From Octopus sinensis (lineage: Eukaryota): a stretch of 64,000 nucleotides of DNA. Both the position numbers and the translations under genes were made by a program. The notes below the pieces were generated by a model, which saw only the letters and a program-made list of their open reading frames with translations, made no database searches and was not told the DNA's origin. Of the stretch, positions 39,500 through 51,101 are shown one piece after another; position 1 is the first letter of the stretch, and each line of letters opens with the position of its first letter. The stretch spans positions 205,964,001-206,028,000 of the forward strand of contig NC_042997.1 in assembly GCF_006345805.1 (NCBI RefSeq), read 5' to 3'.

Positions 39500-40620
39500 T
39501 GTCAACTGCACTACGTGTATCACACTGTTATCAGTGCATGACACCAAGGTGTCATGTACAGAAACCATGCTACAAAATAGAGAAATTGAAAATTTAGTGT
39601 AAGGTTGCAGAGGATGTGCCCTAGCAGCAAAATTACCGACAATAAAAAGTGAACCTTGGCCAAAAGTAGATGTCCCCTGGTCAAGATTACACATTGATTT
39701 CGTTGGTCCCTGAAACGGTTCACACTACTTAGTGGTAGTAAATAGTTTCTGTAAATGGTCCGAAATTTGTAAGTGTAAAAACCCAACCTCCTCAACTACA
39801 ACAAACTTTCTACATGAGCTGTTTGCGAGATTTGGCATTCCAGACACAACAGTGTCTGACAATGGAATGCAATTCATGTCTTGAATTTAAAAGTTTTGTA
39901 AAATGTTCCCCGTAGAACATGTAACTACTGTGCCATACCATCCCAGATTTAATAGATAAGCAGAATTTGATACATTCAAAAGAGGCCTAAGGAAGTTGAA
40001 TAAGGAAGTCAAGGATGAGATAGTTTTACAACAATTCTTAAGAGTATACCATGTGACATCAGATCCAAACACACCAGCAGGTATGTCAGCAGTGGAGCTG
40101 ATGTTTGTGAGGAAAATCAAATCAGTCTTTGACAAATTACTATCTGGCAAGAAATGGAAAATTGCAATGGAAAATACAGCAAAACATTTAACAAAATTGG
40201 TGAAGATGTATTTGTTAGGGCATATAAGATCAGAAAACAAAGTTGGGAAGATGGCTTGATTACCAAACGCATTGGAACAATGCTATACTTGCTCTAAAAG
40301 GAAGGAAAATGGTATACAAGAGACATGTGAATCAACTAAAAAAAAAGATTCGTTGAGAATGAACCCAAGAGAATGGAAGAACCAATAGAATGGTTCTATG
40401 ATACTTTTCAAGTACCAATGCCACTACAAACAATTGAACCAAGATGCACAAGTATAAGGAAAAGAAAATATAGGGAGTTCCTGAAAGTGAATGCCAAATG
40501 CAAAAGAATTATAAATATGTAACTGTATGAAAAAAACTCAAAAAAGGTAGGTAGAGTGATGTAAAAATGATTGTTAATAAAAAGAAATAAAATTACATTC
40601 CCTAAGAAAGAAAAAGAAAA
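39500..40620 (+). mobile_element. Decayed Ty3/Gypsy integrase region with PPT
   Basis: Manual translation: PWSRLHIDFVGP..HYLVVVNSFCKW..LFARFGIPDTTVSDNGMQF..PYHPRFN. Purine tract AAAAGGGGAGA precedes TGTTATGA (~40625). Confidence 0.75.
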
Positions 40621-41094
40621 CTTAAAAGGGGAGATGTTATGAGGACAATGGCAATAATGGAACACCCTTCCCACGTGATGAGTGGTATGTGCTAATCATT
40701 ACAAATACTGTGACATCAAGCAGTTGGAATAGTCAGTCATAGATAGGCCTGTCTTTACTTGTCCAACTAACTATACAACTGTACCGGAGTGGATGTTATA
40801 ACAGTCTAACATTGGTTTACAACATTTATTCAGATTGTTTTGAATTAATAATGTATTATCTCATAGCTTTGAGATTTTGATGAGCTAAATGTTAATTTTC
40901 AGAATGATGTTGTAGGGTTGGTGTGAGAGGCCAGATATGGTTTGCTTAAATGTTCAAGGATTAAACATTTCTTAATATTTTCTGGATTCTTTATATTATC
41001 AATAAGTTCATAGAAAAAAAAAGCGAGAGCAGCAAGTATATTTAACACACTGCTTCTTGCTTTGATAACTTTCAATAAATATCGGATTGAAGAA

Positions 41095-41305
41095 AGTGGC
41101 CAGATGGTCGAATTGTTAGCATGATGGACAAAATGCTTAGCTGCATTTCATCTGTCTTCATGCTCTGTGTTCAAATTCTGCTGAGAATAACTTTGCCTTT
41201 CGTCCTTTCATGGTTCAAGAAATAAGTACCAGTTGAATACTGGGGTCAATGCAATCAACTAACCCTTCCCTCCAAATTGCTGGCCTTGTGTCACAATTTG
41301 AAATC
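41095..41305 (+). mobile_element. tRNA-derived SINE (Meta/MESC-like core); full-length relative of the 115-bp satellite unit
   Basis: AATAAGTACCAGTTGAATACTGGGGTCAATG...AAATTGCTGGCCTTGTGTCACAATTTGAAATCAA matches the array unit. Confidence 0.8.
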
Positions 41306-42731
41306 AAGAGACATTTAGGGATGTGCTGTGCTTGAGAGGATCCGTCAAGCCAAGTGCACCTGAGCTGGTGGCACCTAAAGAGCATCCTTTGAATGTTGGG
41401 CCTCACGGAGGCAAAGTGGCTGAGTCGTTTTCGAGTGTTAGGCCTCATAGAGGCAATGACCAAGGCTTTTGGTATTATGTCATGTTTGGGAAGATACATA
41501 AAGGCATGTTAAGGGACCCATTACACTCTCGGAGTGGTTGGCGTTAGGAAGGGTATTCAGCCATAGACAACCATACCAAATCAGACTGGAGTGAGTCTGA
41601 TGCAGCCTTCCAGCATGCCAGCCCAGTCAAACCGTCCAACCCATGCCAGCATGGACAACAGCACTTAAATATCCAATGATGATATATCTTTAGAAATGGT
41701 TGGGTAGTTATATGTATTTTTAGTAAAATAGTTTTTTTTTTTTTTTGTTTTTTTTGTCTAAATAACTTCATCTCTAACTTGTCTCTGATATTGTCATGTC
41801 TTTAACCAAAGTACAATATTCTAGAATACAAGAATGAGCCCAGACGAGAAATGTTGAAATTCCCATCTCTACCTTAAAATACACACTTTTAAGGATCTGA
41901 AGACCTTTACACAGTTGCTCAGGCTGATAGAAATAGCAGGAAAGTATCCCTCCCATTACACCCTGCCTTCTTCAAAACAGAAGCTACCGTTCTAGATATT
42001 GGAATGGTCATGGCTGGATTGTCTTTCATCATAAATCTGCTCAATCAAATTTTGTTTCTTATGTTTTACACTTTATTTATCCCTAAATAGAAATACCTTT
42101 TACATTTAAGGATGAGTAAACATTTACTAAAGGACACATCATCATCATCACCATCATAATGATCAGCATCACTGTTTTAACGTCTGCTTTTCCATGCTTG
42201 CATGGGTTGGACAAAATTTGATGATGAGTTGGATTTTCTGCAGCTGGATGCCCTTCATGTTGCCAACCTTCACCTATTTCCAAGTAAGGTAATGTTTCCC
42301 CATGACCAGACATGTTTTAAGGAAGATTGGAAATGAAGGACACTGCTTGTATGACAGGGACACTCGTTTACAACAAGCAAGGAGACAGTAACATACAGAC
42401 AGACAGATGGCTTCTTTCAGTCTTCGTCTACCAAATCCACTCATAAGGCTTTGGTTAACCCAAGGCTATAGTAGAATACATTTGTTCCAAGTGCTATACA
42501 GTGGGACTGAACCCAGAACCATATGGCTGGGAAGCAACCATCTTACCACACAGCCACACCTGTGCCTATATGGAGTTGTTAAATAATTGGAACTGCATTT
42601 TAATGCTAAAATCTCCAAATTTGAAGAATTCTCAAAATCATTTAAAAGTAAAATGTGTTAAAACATCAGTAAATTGACTTCAATTTGATTCTTTTACCAA
42701 AATGTATTTCCATTCACTGTATTTATTGCAG

Positions 42732-42965
42732 ATTTTGAGGATGTTCAGAGGATGTGCCAAAACAACCCCTTAAAAGGAAATCAACTGAAAGTGGATAGAA
42801 TTAAGGAAATAAACAGTGTTCAAGTGAAAAACGTTTCTTCAAATGTCAGCTCTGACAGTCTTCGAAGATATTTTGGAAACAGTAAAAGAAGTTCTGGTGG
42901 AGATATTTCTTCAGTTCTACAACAAACCTCTGATACTTATATTATAAGTTTTAAAGAGGCGTGTG
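42732..42965 (+). CDS. Host gene internal exon: second RRM-like domain (PARP14/PARP10-like)
   Basis: Acceptor TTTATTGCAG| and donor TG|GTAAGT; 234 nt, phase 1-1: DFEDVQRMCQNNPLKGNQLKVDRIKEINSVQVKNVSSNVSSDSLRRYFGNSKRSSGGDISSVLQQTSDTYIISFKEAC. It resembles the V.NV....D.L..YFEN.KRSGGG.V motif of PARP14/PARP10/NMI RRMs. Confidence 0.9.
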
Positions 42966-43019
42966 GTAAGTAATTTTTCTCTCCTCTCTTTGTCTAGTCT
43001 ACCTATCAGAGTCAGTTAT

Positions 43020-43640
43020 TAGCATTGTTTTAATTCAGGTTTTGTTGGAACTCCTGGAGGCTTGCTATCCACAGCCTACGGTACCATGCTATCTCTTCTG
43101 TTCAGCCATGTAATATTTTCTTGATGATAATGGCTGTGACAAGGAGGCAGACATTTGGTAACAGCTCTACTCGGCGCTCTGTCCTCATTTCCTCTTAATA
43201 TCTTCTGATACTGTCCCCAGGGCCCCAATAATAATTAGTACTATCTCCATCTTTCACTGTCAAGCACATTTAAGAGGATTGTCTACTTGTTCATCTAACT
43301 AATTGTGGGTCAAATGCATATGCAACATCAGTTATAGAGCACATGTGGTTCACCTTGTCCACAACGACCAGGTCTGGCTTGTTGTACTCAAGCGCTTGGC
43401 CCATTCTGCATTGAAAAATCCCACAAGATTTTACAGGTCTCTGACTCTGTGATACTCTGTGGTTTCTGTTTGTACCATGTTTTGCTTCTCTCTAACCCAA
43501 ACTTTCCTCAGTTTCCAATGCAGCACTTTTGTAACCTCATCATGTCACCACAACTCATATTGGTTAGGGGCAAGTTGAGAGCATTCATTCACAGTAAGGG
43601 CAATGGCTTCATCAAATTATTATTATTATTATCATTATTA
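43020..43640 (-). mobile_element. 5'-truncated R4/Dong 3' fragment abutting (TAA)n
   Basis: The reverse complement encodes HDEVTKVLHWKL..KPDLVVVDKVNH..IIIGALGTV. (TTA)n lies at 43617-43640. Confidence 0.7.
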
Positions 43641-44139
43641 TTGTTGTTGTTGTTGAGTGAGAGAGCAGTGCATGCCATCAAAGTGACACTGGGGTATGAA
43701 TATATGAAGCCCAGTATACCCATCATGACTACCCATCTGATAAGGGTACACCAGGCTCATGCATCACAACTTGTATTGGTTAGGAGCAAGTTGAGAGGAC
43801 ATCCTCAACCAACAACACCACACACAACAACAACAGCAGGAGTTGCAGCAGCAGCAGCAAATACAAAGTAAATCCAGCAACATTACAAAGTAGAAAGCAA
43901 TTCACTCAAAAATGCATTGAGGTTGGGGTGGGGATACACCTGCCCCACCCCTCCAAACAAAACGAAGTAAGTTTTTTTTTTCATTTCCAATATTTTCCCA
44001 ACAATTCCTGCACCAGTTCTGCATAGCCCCTGCCCATTCAAAGTACCTTGGATTCCAGAACATCCCGCTGTGCTTGAGGAAACCTACTGAGTCAAGTACA
44101 TGAACATCGAATAAATATCAATGGAAATAGTAGTTGTGA

Positions 44140-44507
44140 TACCTGTGCTGGTGGCACATAAAAAGCACCATCCGAATGTGGCCAATGCCAGCACCGCCTC
44201 GACTGGCTTCTGTGCCAGTGGCACATAAAAAGCACCGTCCGAACGTGACCGATGCCAGCGCTGCCTTGGCTGGCTCCCGTGCCGGTGACACATTAAAAAC
44301 ACCAACCGATCGTGGCCGATGCCAGACTCCCCTGGCACGTAAAAAGCACCCACTACACTCGCGGAGTGGTTGGCATTATTAGGAAGGGCATTCAGCTGTA
44401 GAAACACTGCCAGATCAGACTGGAGCCTGGTGCATCCACTGGCTTCCCAGACCCCGGTCGAACCGTCCAACCTGTGCTAGCGTGGAAAACGGACGTTAAA
44501 TGATGAT
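44140..44507 (+). mobile_element. RTE-3'-end-like short retroposon with internal minisatellite
   Basis: Repeated GGCACATAAAAAGCACC..GGCC.ATGCCAG units; ends GAAAACGGACGTTAAA(TGA)n. Confidence 0.7.
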
Positions 44508-44519
44508 GAATATTGTCAT

Positions 44520-46690
44520 GTTCAGAATAGTCACTGTGAGTGCATGTGACTTGGGGTCACCACGGAAGCAGGGTCACCTGCTCAACAACCTCAGGGCACT
44601 GAATGTTGATGTGGTGACCATTAATGAAACCAGAATATCTGAATCATAAGACTTTCAACTCATTCACGATGACTATGAGGTGTATGCATCTCCAATTCAT
44701 CTGGAAGCAAGGAGTGGAGTGGCTGTGTTGCTTTGAAAAAATCTGGATCTTGTGATACGGACCGTTTTCCTGGACCTGGAAGATAAGTCAGTGGTGCTGG
44801 ATAAGATCAGCAATGAAGGACATACTGTCAGGCTTGTTGCCCGACAGGGGTGGGATGACCAGATTTCTTCAGGCATCTAGAAACTTTCCTGGAAACATCC
44901 CACTCTTTAGTGTTAGTGGGAGATTGGAATGGGATTTTAAATGTACAGTGGGACTGTGTGGGTTTAGCAGATAGGAGGGTGAAACAGCCTCACAAATCTG
45001 CTCAAATAATTTCAAATATCTGACTGGTATCAAGTGAATTTCACTGATGTGCCAGTATGGCATTGGGTCTTCCAGATCGTATCTAGATAGGGTAGAGAAG
45101 GAGATAGGGATAGTATAGGTTATCGACAATATTAAAGTAGTTGACTACACAGACCACAAATTCGGGATCTGTACAGTTGACTTCACAGACAGGGTCTCAG
45201 GTACTGGAAGCTGAACACTTCATTGCTGATGTGCAGAGATTTCAGAGTGCGGATTAGCGAATTAATTAAGTGGGTATTGCAAGGGTCAATTGCCAGCAAT
45301 AAATAGTTGTTCACCCTGAAAAGGGCAGTTAGTGTAGAATTGATAACGTTTAGCAAAGGATTAGCAGTAGAAAGAAAATGAGTAGAAGCAGAGCTAGTAA
45401 AGTTAGACAAGGCTTTTAGAAAAAACATTATGACCGATGTGCTTGTAGTGAGAGTGGCGCTCAACCAATTCTACAATGCGAAACACAATTGTTGCATTGT
45501 CAGAGCTGAGGCCTATGATCTTGGACATGGAGGGACAAAAGCCATTCATTAGGCGTGAGTGGCAGAGGCATGGCATGGTAATAAATCCACAATCCGATCT
45601 TTAGCAGACCATGATAGGCAAATGATAATTGATCTGAAACAGACGTGTACGGCTTTTCAAGTGTGCTTTACTTAATTGTGCAGGAGTAGCAGTGAGCTGG
45701 GTCATGGGAAGGACTTCACTTTCTATCTCAATGGACTGCTGTGGCTCTCAGCGACAAAGGCAGAGCATTGCAAAAGGCCAATAAGTGCTTTTGAAATTCA
45801 AGAAGCAATAGCTAGCTGCACAAGAGGTAAAATTGCCTCATTTGAATGGTCTGCCCTACGAGATTTATGCTTACATGCCAACTTGTTCAGCAATCTGACC
45901 AAGGGGGATTGTATTGATAACTTTGGGCCCATAACTCTACTGAATGCAGAGTTCAAAATTGTGGCAAAGATATTAGCTATGAGGTTGGTGCTTGTCATTG
46001 GTGATCTGGTAGGGGAGGCGTAGACATGCGCCATCCTGGAATGATCCATCCATGACACCTCCACTTTATGCGATACATCACAGAGTAAGTGGGTAAAGAG
46101 TCTAGGTGAAGTCTGGTCAGTTTAGAACAATCTATAGGAGCTGGTTTCAGGTCTGTATTCAAGGATCACTGCAATGCACAGTGATATATGTTCAGTAGTC
46201 AGAGTGAGTGGTTACCTCTTAGAAACATTCAACATCATGTTCTTGGTCCACCAAAGTTGCCCTTCTCCTCCCCATTCTATATACTGACTCTCAAGTCACT
46301 TCTACATGAGCTAGAGATGTTGAGGGACATCCCACTTAACCTAGGATGTAGCAGATACATGTCAGCTCGTACTGACAATCTCAAGGTAGTGGTGACAAAA
46401 AATAAACACATTGAGATAACTGGCTCCACTCTCAGGGACTACGAGACGAGGTAGTATCGGGAACAAAAATTAACCAGAACAAGTCAGTGGGCTTGCAACT
46501 TGGCACCTGAAGAACCACGTTAATGCTGTACAGCTGCATCATTGAGTACTGGCTGGATGGACTAGTTAAATTGCTCAGAGTCTTGTTTGGACTGGACATC
46601 CAAATAGACCAAAACTAGCATAAGGTAACAAAAAGGGCGACTACTCTCATGTGGAAGTGAGCCAAGGGGAAGCTATTCCTGAAAGGTTGG
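44520..46690 (+). mobile_element. Decayed Tx1/L1-type LINE (APE + RT fragments)
   Basis: LNVDVVTINET, SGVAVLL, WKLNTSLL and NFGPITLLNAEFKIVAKILAMRL motifs. Many stops. Confidence 0.7.
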
Positions 46691-49008
46691 GCAGAGTTGA
46701 CGAATGCATGCATTGCATAGGTTATCTACAGCTGTTCTCATCCATATGGAACCCATGACCAAACCAGCACAGTCGTTTCTCTTGCACACCACATCTGATG
46801 CTTCTTATGTTCAGCCTTTCTCTCAGGGTGCTTACACTTTGTCATGTATGCACACTGACATTGCATATCCAGCGGAGCACACTGGCTTCATTACTTTCAA
46901 GCCTACATATGTCCTCAGAAGTCACAGCCCATGTTTTGCTGCCATGTAGCATGGTTGTTCACACACATACTTAATGTAGTCTACCTTCACTCTGAGAGAG
47001 AGGCCCTTTTTCACCAGCAGACGTAAGAGCTCCCTGAACTTTGCCCAGGCTATTCTTATTCTAGCAGCTACACTCTCAGAGCAACCACCCCCACTACAGA
47101 CTTAGTCACCTAGACAATAGAATCTGTCAACTGCATCTAGTTTTACCCCTGGAATGTGATGAAATCTATTTTCTGTACATCTTTGAAGTTTATTGCCGTT
47201 GTGCACCTGCCACACACAAAAACTATCTTCTCAGTTAACCTTCCTTTGATATTGCTGTACCTCTTATGTGTCTATAGCTTACACTGGGTGCATCATATGA
47301 AGTTTCTATCTATGCCTTTTCTACAGATCAAGCAGGGCCATCAACCTGAAGGGATTTGTGGTTTGTCTGCCTTCCTACTTATTAAGACTTTGGTTTTAGC
47401 TTTGTTGACTCTAAGGTCCTTCGATTCTAATCCTTGTTTTCACACTTGAAACTTCTCGAGTTCTGATAGGGACTCAGCTATTAGAGCAAGGTCACCAGCA
47501 TAGAGGAGCTCCCAGGGGCAGCCTCCCTTGAATTCCTCTTTTATTGCCTGGAAGACTTTGATGAATAAGATGGGGCTGAGGACTGATCCTTGGTGAACCC
47601 CTACTTCTACCCAGAATTCTTCATTATACTCCTTGCTAACCCTCACCTTACTGACAGCATCCCTGTATATGGCTTGTATGGCTCTCACCAACCACTCATC
47701 CATCCCCAGTTTACACATTGCCACCAGATAAGGGATCGGGGACCCTGTCGAAGGCTTTCTCCATGTCAACGAAAGCCAGGTACAGAGGTTTATCTTTGGC
47801 TAGGTATTTCTCCTGCAGCTGTCTTACCAGAAATATGGCATCAGTGGTGTTTCTCCCTGGCACAAACCCAAACTGCATCTCATCCAAACTGACTCTATCC
47901 CTAATTAGTTGGGCTATGAACCTCTCCATGACCTTCATTAGCTGATCCAACAGCTTGATACCTCTGTAATTATCCATATCTAATGCGTCACCTTTACCTT
48001 TGTAGCAGTTGGCTATTATGCTGCTACACCAGTCATTGGGTATAACTCCTTCATGTATCACCTGGTTGGCTATATGGATGACTAGAATATACTGCATCTC
48101 AGCAGTACTTCTTTATGGACCAGAGGATTTCCTTGTCTTCATACCCTTAATTGCTTTCTCTGTCAAGGTACTGTCAATTTGAATAGCTGGTCCCTATGTT
48201 GGGTCAGTATTTTTCCATGTCTCTCTCTTTGCAGCCTCATTAAATGCAAGTGAGCCATCATCCATGCGGACACAGTTCTCTCCTATGACATCATGATTCT
48301 CTCTCCCACACATCTTGCAGCACGAAACACTTCAAGTCTCTGGTCCTCATGGAGCAGAACATTGGCAAATTTTTTCTCATCTCTGGCTAAGTAAACTTGT
48401 CTCCTAGCTTCTCTTGTGGCAATCTGATACAGTTCCCTGCCACCAACTGACTTCCCATCCTTACATGCCTGAGTCTCTTTCCTAATGGCCTCATAAGCTA
48501 CATTGTTCCACCACCATGACACCTTAGAAAGAGAGGGGACTTTACACTGTCCAAAGATCTGGTCAGTAGCCCTCAACACGTTCTGTTGGAACTTCCAGTT
48601 GTCTTCCACATAATGTGATGCTATATCCTCCTCTATTTTGTAAAAAGCTTCCAGTAATACGTCTCTAAATCTCTGTCCATTCAGATGATCCTTAAGCTTC
48701 CAGACCCTTCTTTTCTATATTGGTCATCTTCTGAGCATCTATTTAGCCCTAATCGCAAAGTCACTAACTACTAATCTATGTTGTGGTATGCATTCTTCAC
48801 CTGGTAAATCTGGGCACTTATAAGCAGCCATCTTTCCTGTTTCCTGGTGAGGATGTAGTCAATCTGACTAGTGTGCCCACAGACTGGTAGATGAATGGGT
48901 GTCTGACAGGTTTCCTGAAGTTAGTATTACAGATCGTAAGGTCATTTGCATTACAGAACTCCAACAGCCTGGTTCCCTCCTCATTCCGGAAACCAAACCT
49001 GTTGCCAC

Positions 49009-51101
49009 TGTTGTTGTTATATATATATAGTATTGAGTATTAAAGGAAGTAGTGAGTACTTAGTATGAAAGATTAAGAAAATGAGAGAGACTGAAACAAC
49101 GTGTTAACGATACAAGATACTTTATTCGACTGCCGTTGTTGTACAAGTTAATTGTTTTGGCGGGAAACAAAGTGAAAGTCCTTTTATCAAGGGAGACAAT
49201 GGGCGACGTTGATTGTTCATGTTTGCTGTGATGATTATATAACATCTTCCTTTTTTTTTTTTTTTTAAATTTTTTTTTTATATCATCTGTATCTACAGGG
49301 AATAATTATTCGTCGTCCACTTTTTGTTGTTTTATTATTTTGTAGTGTTGAATTCTGTAGTTGTGCTGTTTTTGTTTTTTCATGCGTGTTTGTTGACTTT
49401 GGAAATATATTTTCATAATCTAATTCTTCTGTTATGCGAACGTGTTCGTTTGTTTTAAGAATATGTTGTCTATTTCGTTTGACTGTATTACCTTCCTCTG
49501 TTATTACTAAGTATGAACGAGGTTGCTCTAGTTTTTTAATTATTTTTCCCCTTCTAAACCAATTGTTGTTAAACTTAACTCTAACCGTGTCGTGTGGTTT
49601 TAACTCTGGGAGTTCTGTTGTAATGTTTGATTTCTTCTTTTCGTGAAGCCTGATACCAATTTTGTCGTGTAGTATGTTTGGGAGATTTGTTCACAATGTT
49701 CTATTCATTATTTGATTTGCAGTTGTGGTTTTGGAATTATATTTCTATATTCTCTGAATGGCAGTACGGTTATGTCTGCTCCTGTATCTATTTTGAATGT
49801 TACATTCGAGTTGTTCACTTTTAGTTCGACCGTCCAAATGTCTTTTGGAGTCTTGAACTTTTCGATTTTGTGCACGCGGGAATTATTTGCAGTGATCATT
49901 TCGAGTACATGTGTATCGTCATCTGATTCATCGTCGGTATGTATCTCTACTTTATGTACAAATTTTCTTGATTTGCACATTTTTGCATAGTGTCCTTGTT
50001 TCTTGCATTTTTCACATGTCTTGTGAAATGCTGGGCATTTATTTCTTTTGTGATTATAACCACAATAGTGACAGTTAGTGACGTAGTGTTGACTTGGCGC
50101 TTGAAACTTCGCGGGCTTTCTGTCACTTCCGCCTTGTTCGTTTTGATGTCTGGATTGCATATGGCGGGTTATTTGAGTTTTGGCGCCTTTTCTGTCGTGT
50201 TGACTATATACCCTCGAGATTTCGTTATCTCTTGTTTCGGATGTGGCATTTAGCATCCTTGATTGGAGTCGTGTTTGCTCTGCACTCTGACCTGCTTGAA
50301 TTGTTTTTTGTAGGTCTAAATTTGGTTCTCTCAATAATCTTTCTCTTAATCTCATGTCTCTGATTCCACATATCAGAATATCTTTGGTGAGACTGTCTGT
50401 GAGGTTGCCGAATTCGCACTGTTGTGCCTTTTGGCGCAACTCTACTACGTACTCATCGAATTTTTGATGTTCCGCTTGTCCACATGTGAAGAATTTGTGT
50501 CTTAGGAAAGTTATGTTTTTCCTGGGTTCACAATATGCATCGAATTTTTCGATTACTGTCTGAAGGTTCATTTCTTCGTCGGGTGAATCGAAATCCAGTG
50601 TGGAATGGATATCTCGGCCTTTAGAACCGATGCAAGTTAAAAACATTGAAGTTTTTACATTGTCTGGCTTCATGTCACTTTCTGTTGCTATCAAAAAGAG
50701 ATTGAATTCTTTTTTCCACTTTTTCCATGCTGCGGCTAGATTTTCCTGATTAAAGTCTAGGTCTTTTGGATGCGGTAAATTTTCCATTTCGTCTTTGAAG
50801 TATGATTTCAACTTCTTTTTTCCTTTGGTTTCTGTATTTTGGGTTCTTTTAGTATTCTGACACCATGTTGTTGTTATATATATATAGTATTGAGTATTAA
50901 AGGAAGTAGTGAGTACTTAGTATGAAAGATTAAGAAAATGAGAGAGACTGAAACAACGTGTTAACGATACAAGATACTTTATTCGACTGCCGTTGTTGTA
51001 CAAGTTAATTGTTTTGGCGGGAAACAAAGTGAAAGTCCTTTTATCAAGGGAGACAATGGGCGACGTTGATTGTTCATGTTTGTTGTGATGATTATATAAC
51101 A
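49009..51101 (-). mobile_element. Young internally deleted Ty3/Gypsy LTR element (2093 bp, gag-only)
   Basis: 236-bp LTRs TG..CA at 49009-49244 and 50866-51101 differing at one visible position; 5-bp TSD GCCAC; PBS TGGTGTCAGAA (matches tRNA-Leu CAA 3' end); PPT AAAA..GGAAGA. Confidence 0.95.
49708..50811 (-). CDS. Gypsy Gag with two CCHC knuckles plus N-terminal part of the aspartic protease
   Basis: Open 367-aa ORF: WKKWKKEF..YCEPRKNITFLRHKFF..QKFDEYVVELR..CHYCGYNH..CEKCKKQGHYAKMC..FKIDTGADITVL, then a stop. Confidence 0.9.
   Translation of the reverse strand: MKSYFKDEMENLPHPKDLDFNQENLAAAWKKWKKEFNLFLIATESDMKPDNVKTSMFLTCIGSKGRDIHSTLDFDSPDEEMNLQTVIEKFDAYCEPRKNITFLRHKFFTCGQAEHQKFDEYVVELRQKAQQCEFGNLTDSLTKDILICGIRDMRLRERLLREPNLDLQKTIQAGQSAEQTRLQSRMLNATSETRDNEISRVYSQHDRKGAKTQITRHMQSRHQNEQGGSDRKPAKFQAPSQHYVTNCHYCGYNHKRNKCPAFHKTCEKCKKQGHYAKMCKSRKFVHKVEIHTDDESDDDTHVLEMITANNSRVHKIEKFKTPKDIWTVELKVNNSNVTFKIDTGADITVLPFREYRNIIPKPQLQIK

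Noticed and set aside
49160-49182. IRF-like motif GAAACAAAGTGAAAGT in both LTRs of the young Gypsy element
   Set aside because: It is an imperfect match in AT-rich sequence and a single site per LTR, not distinguishable from chance.
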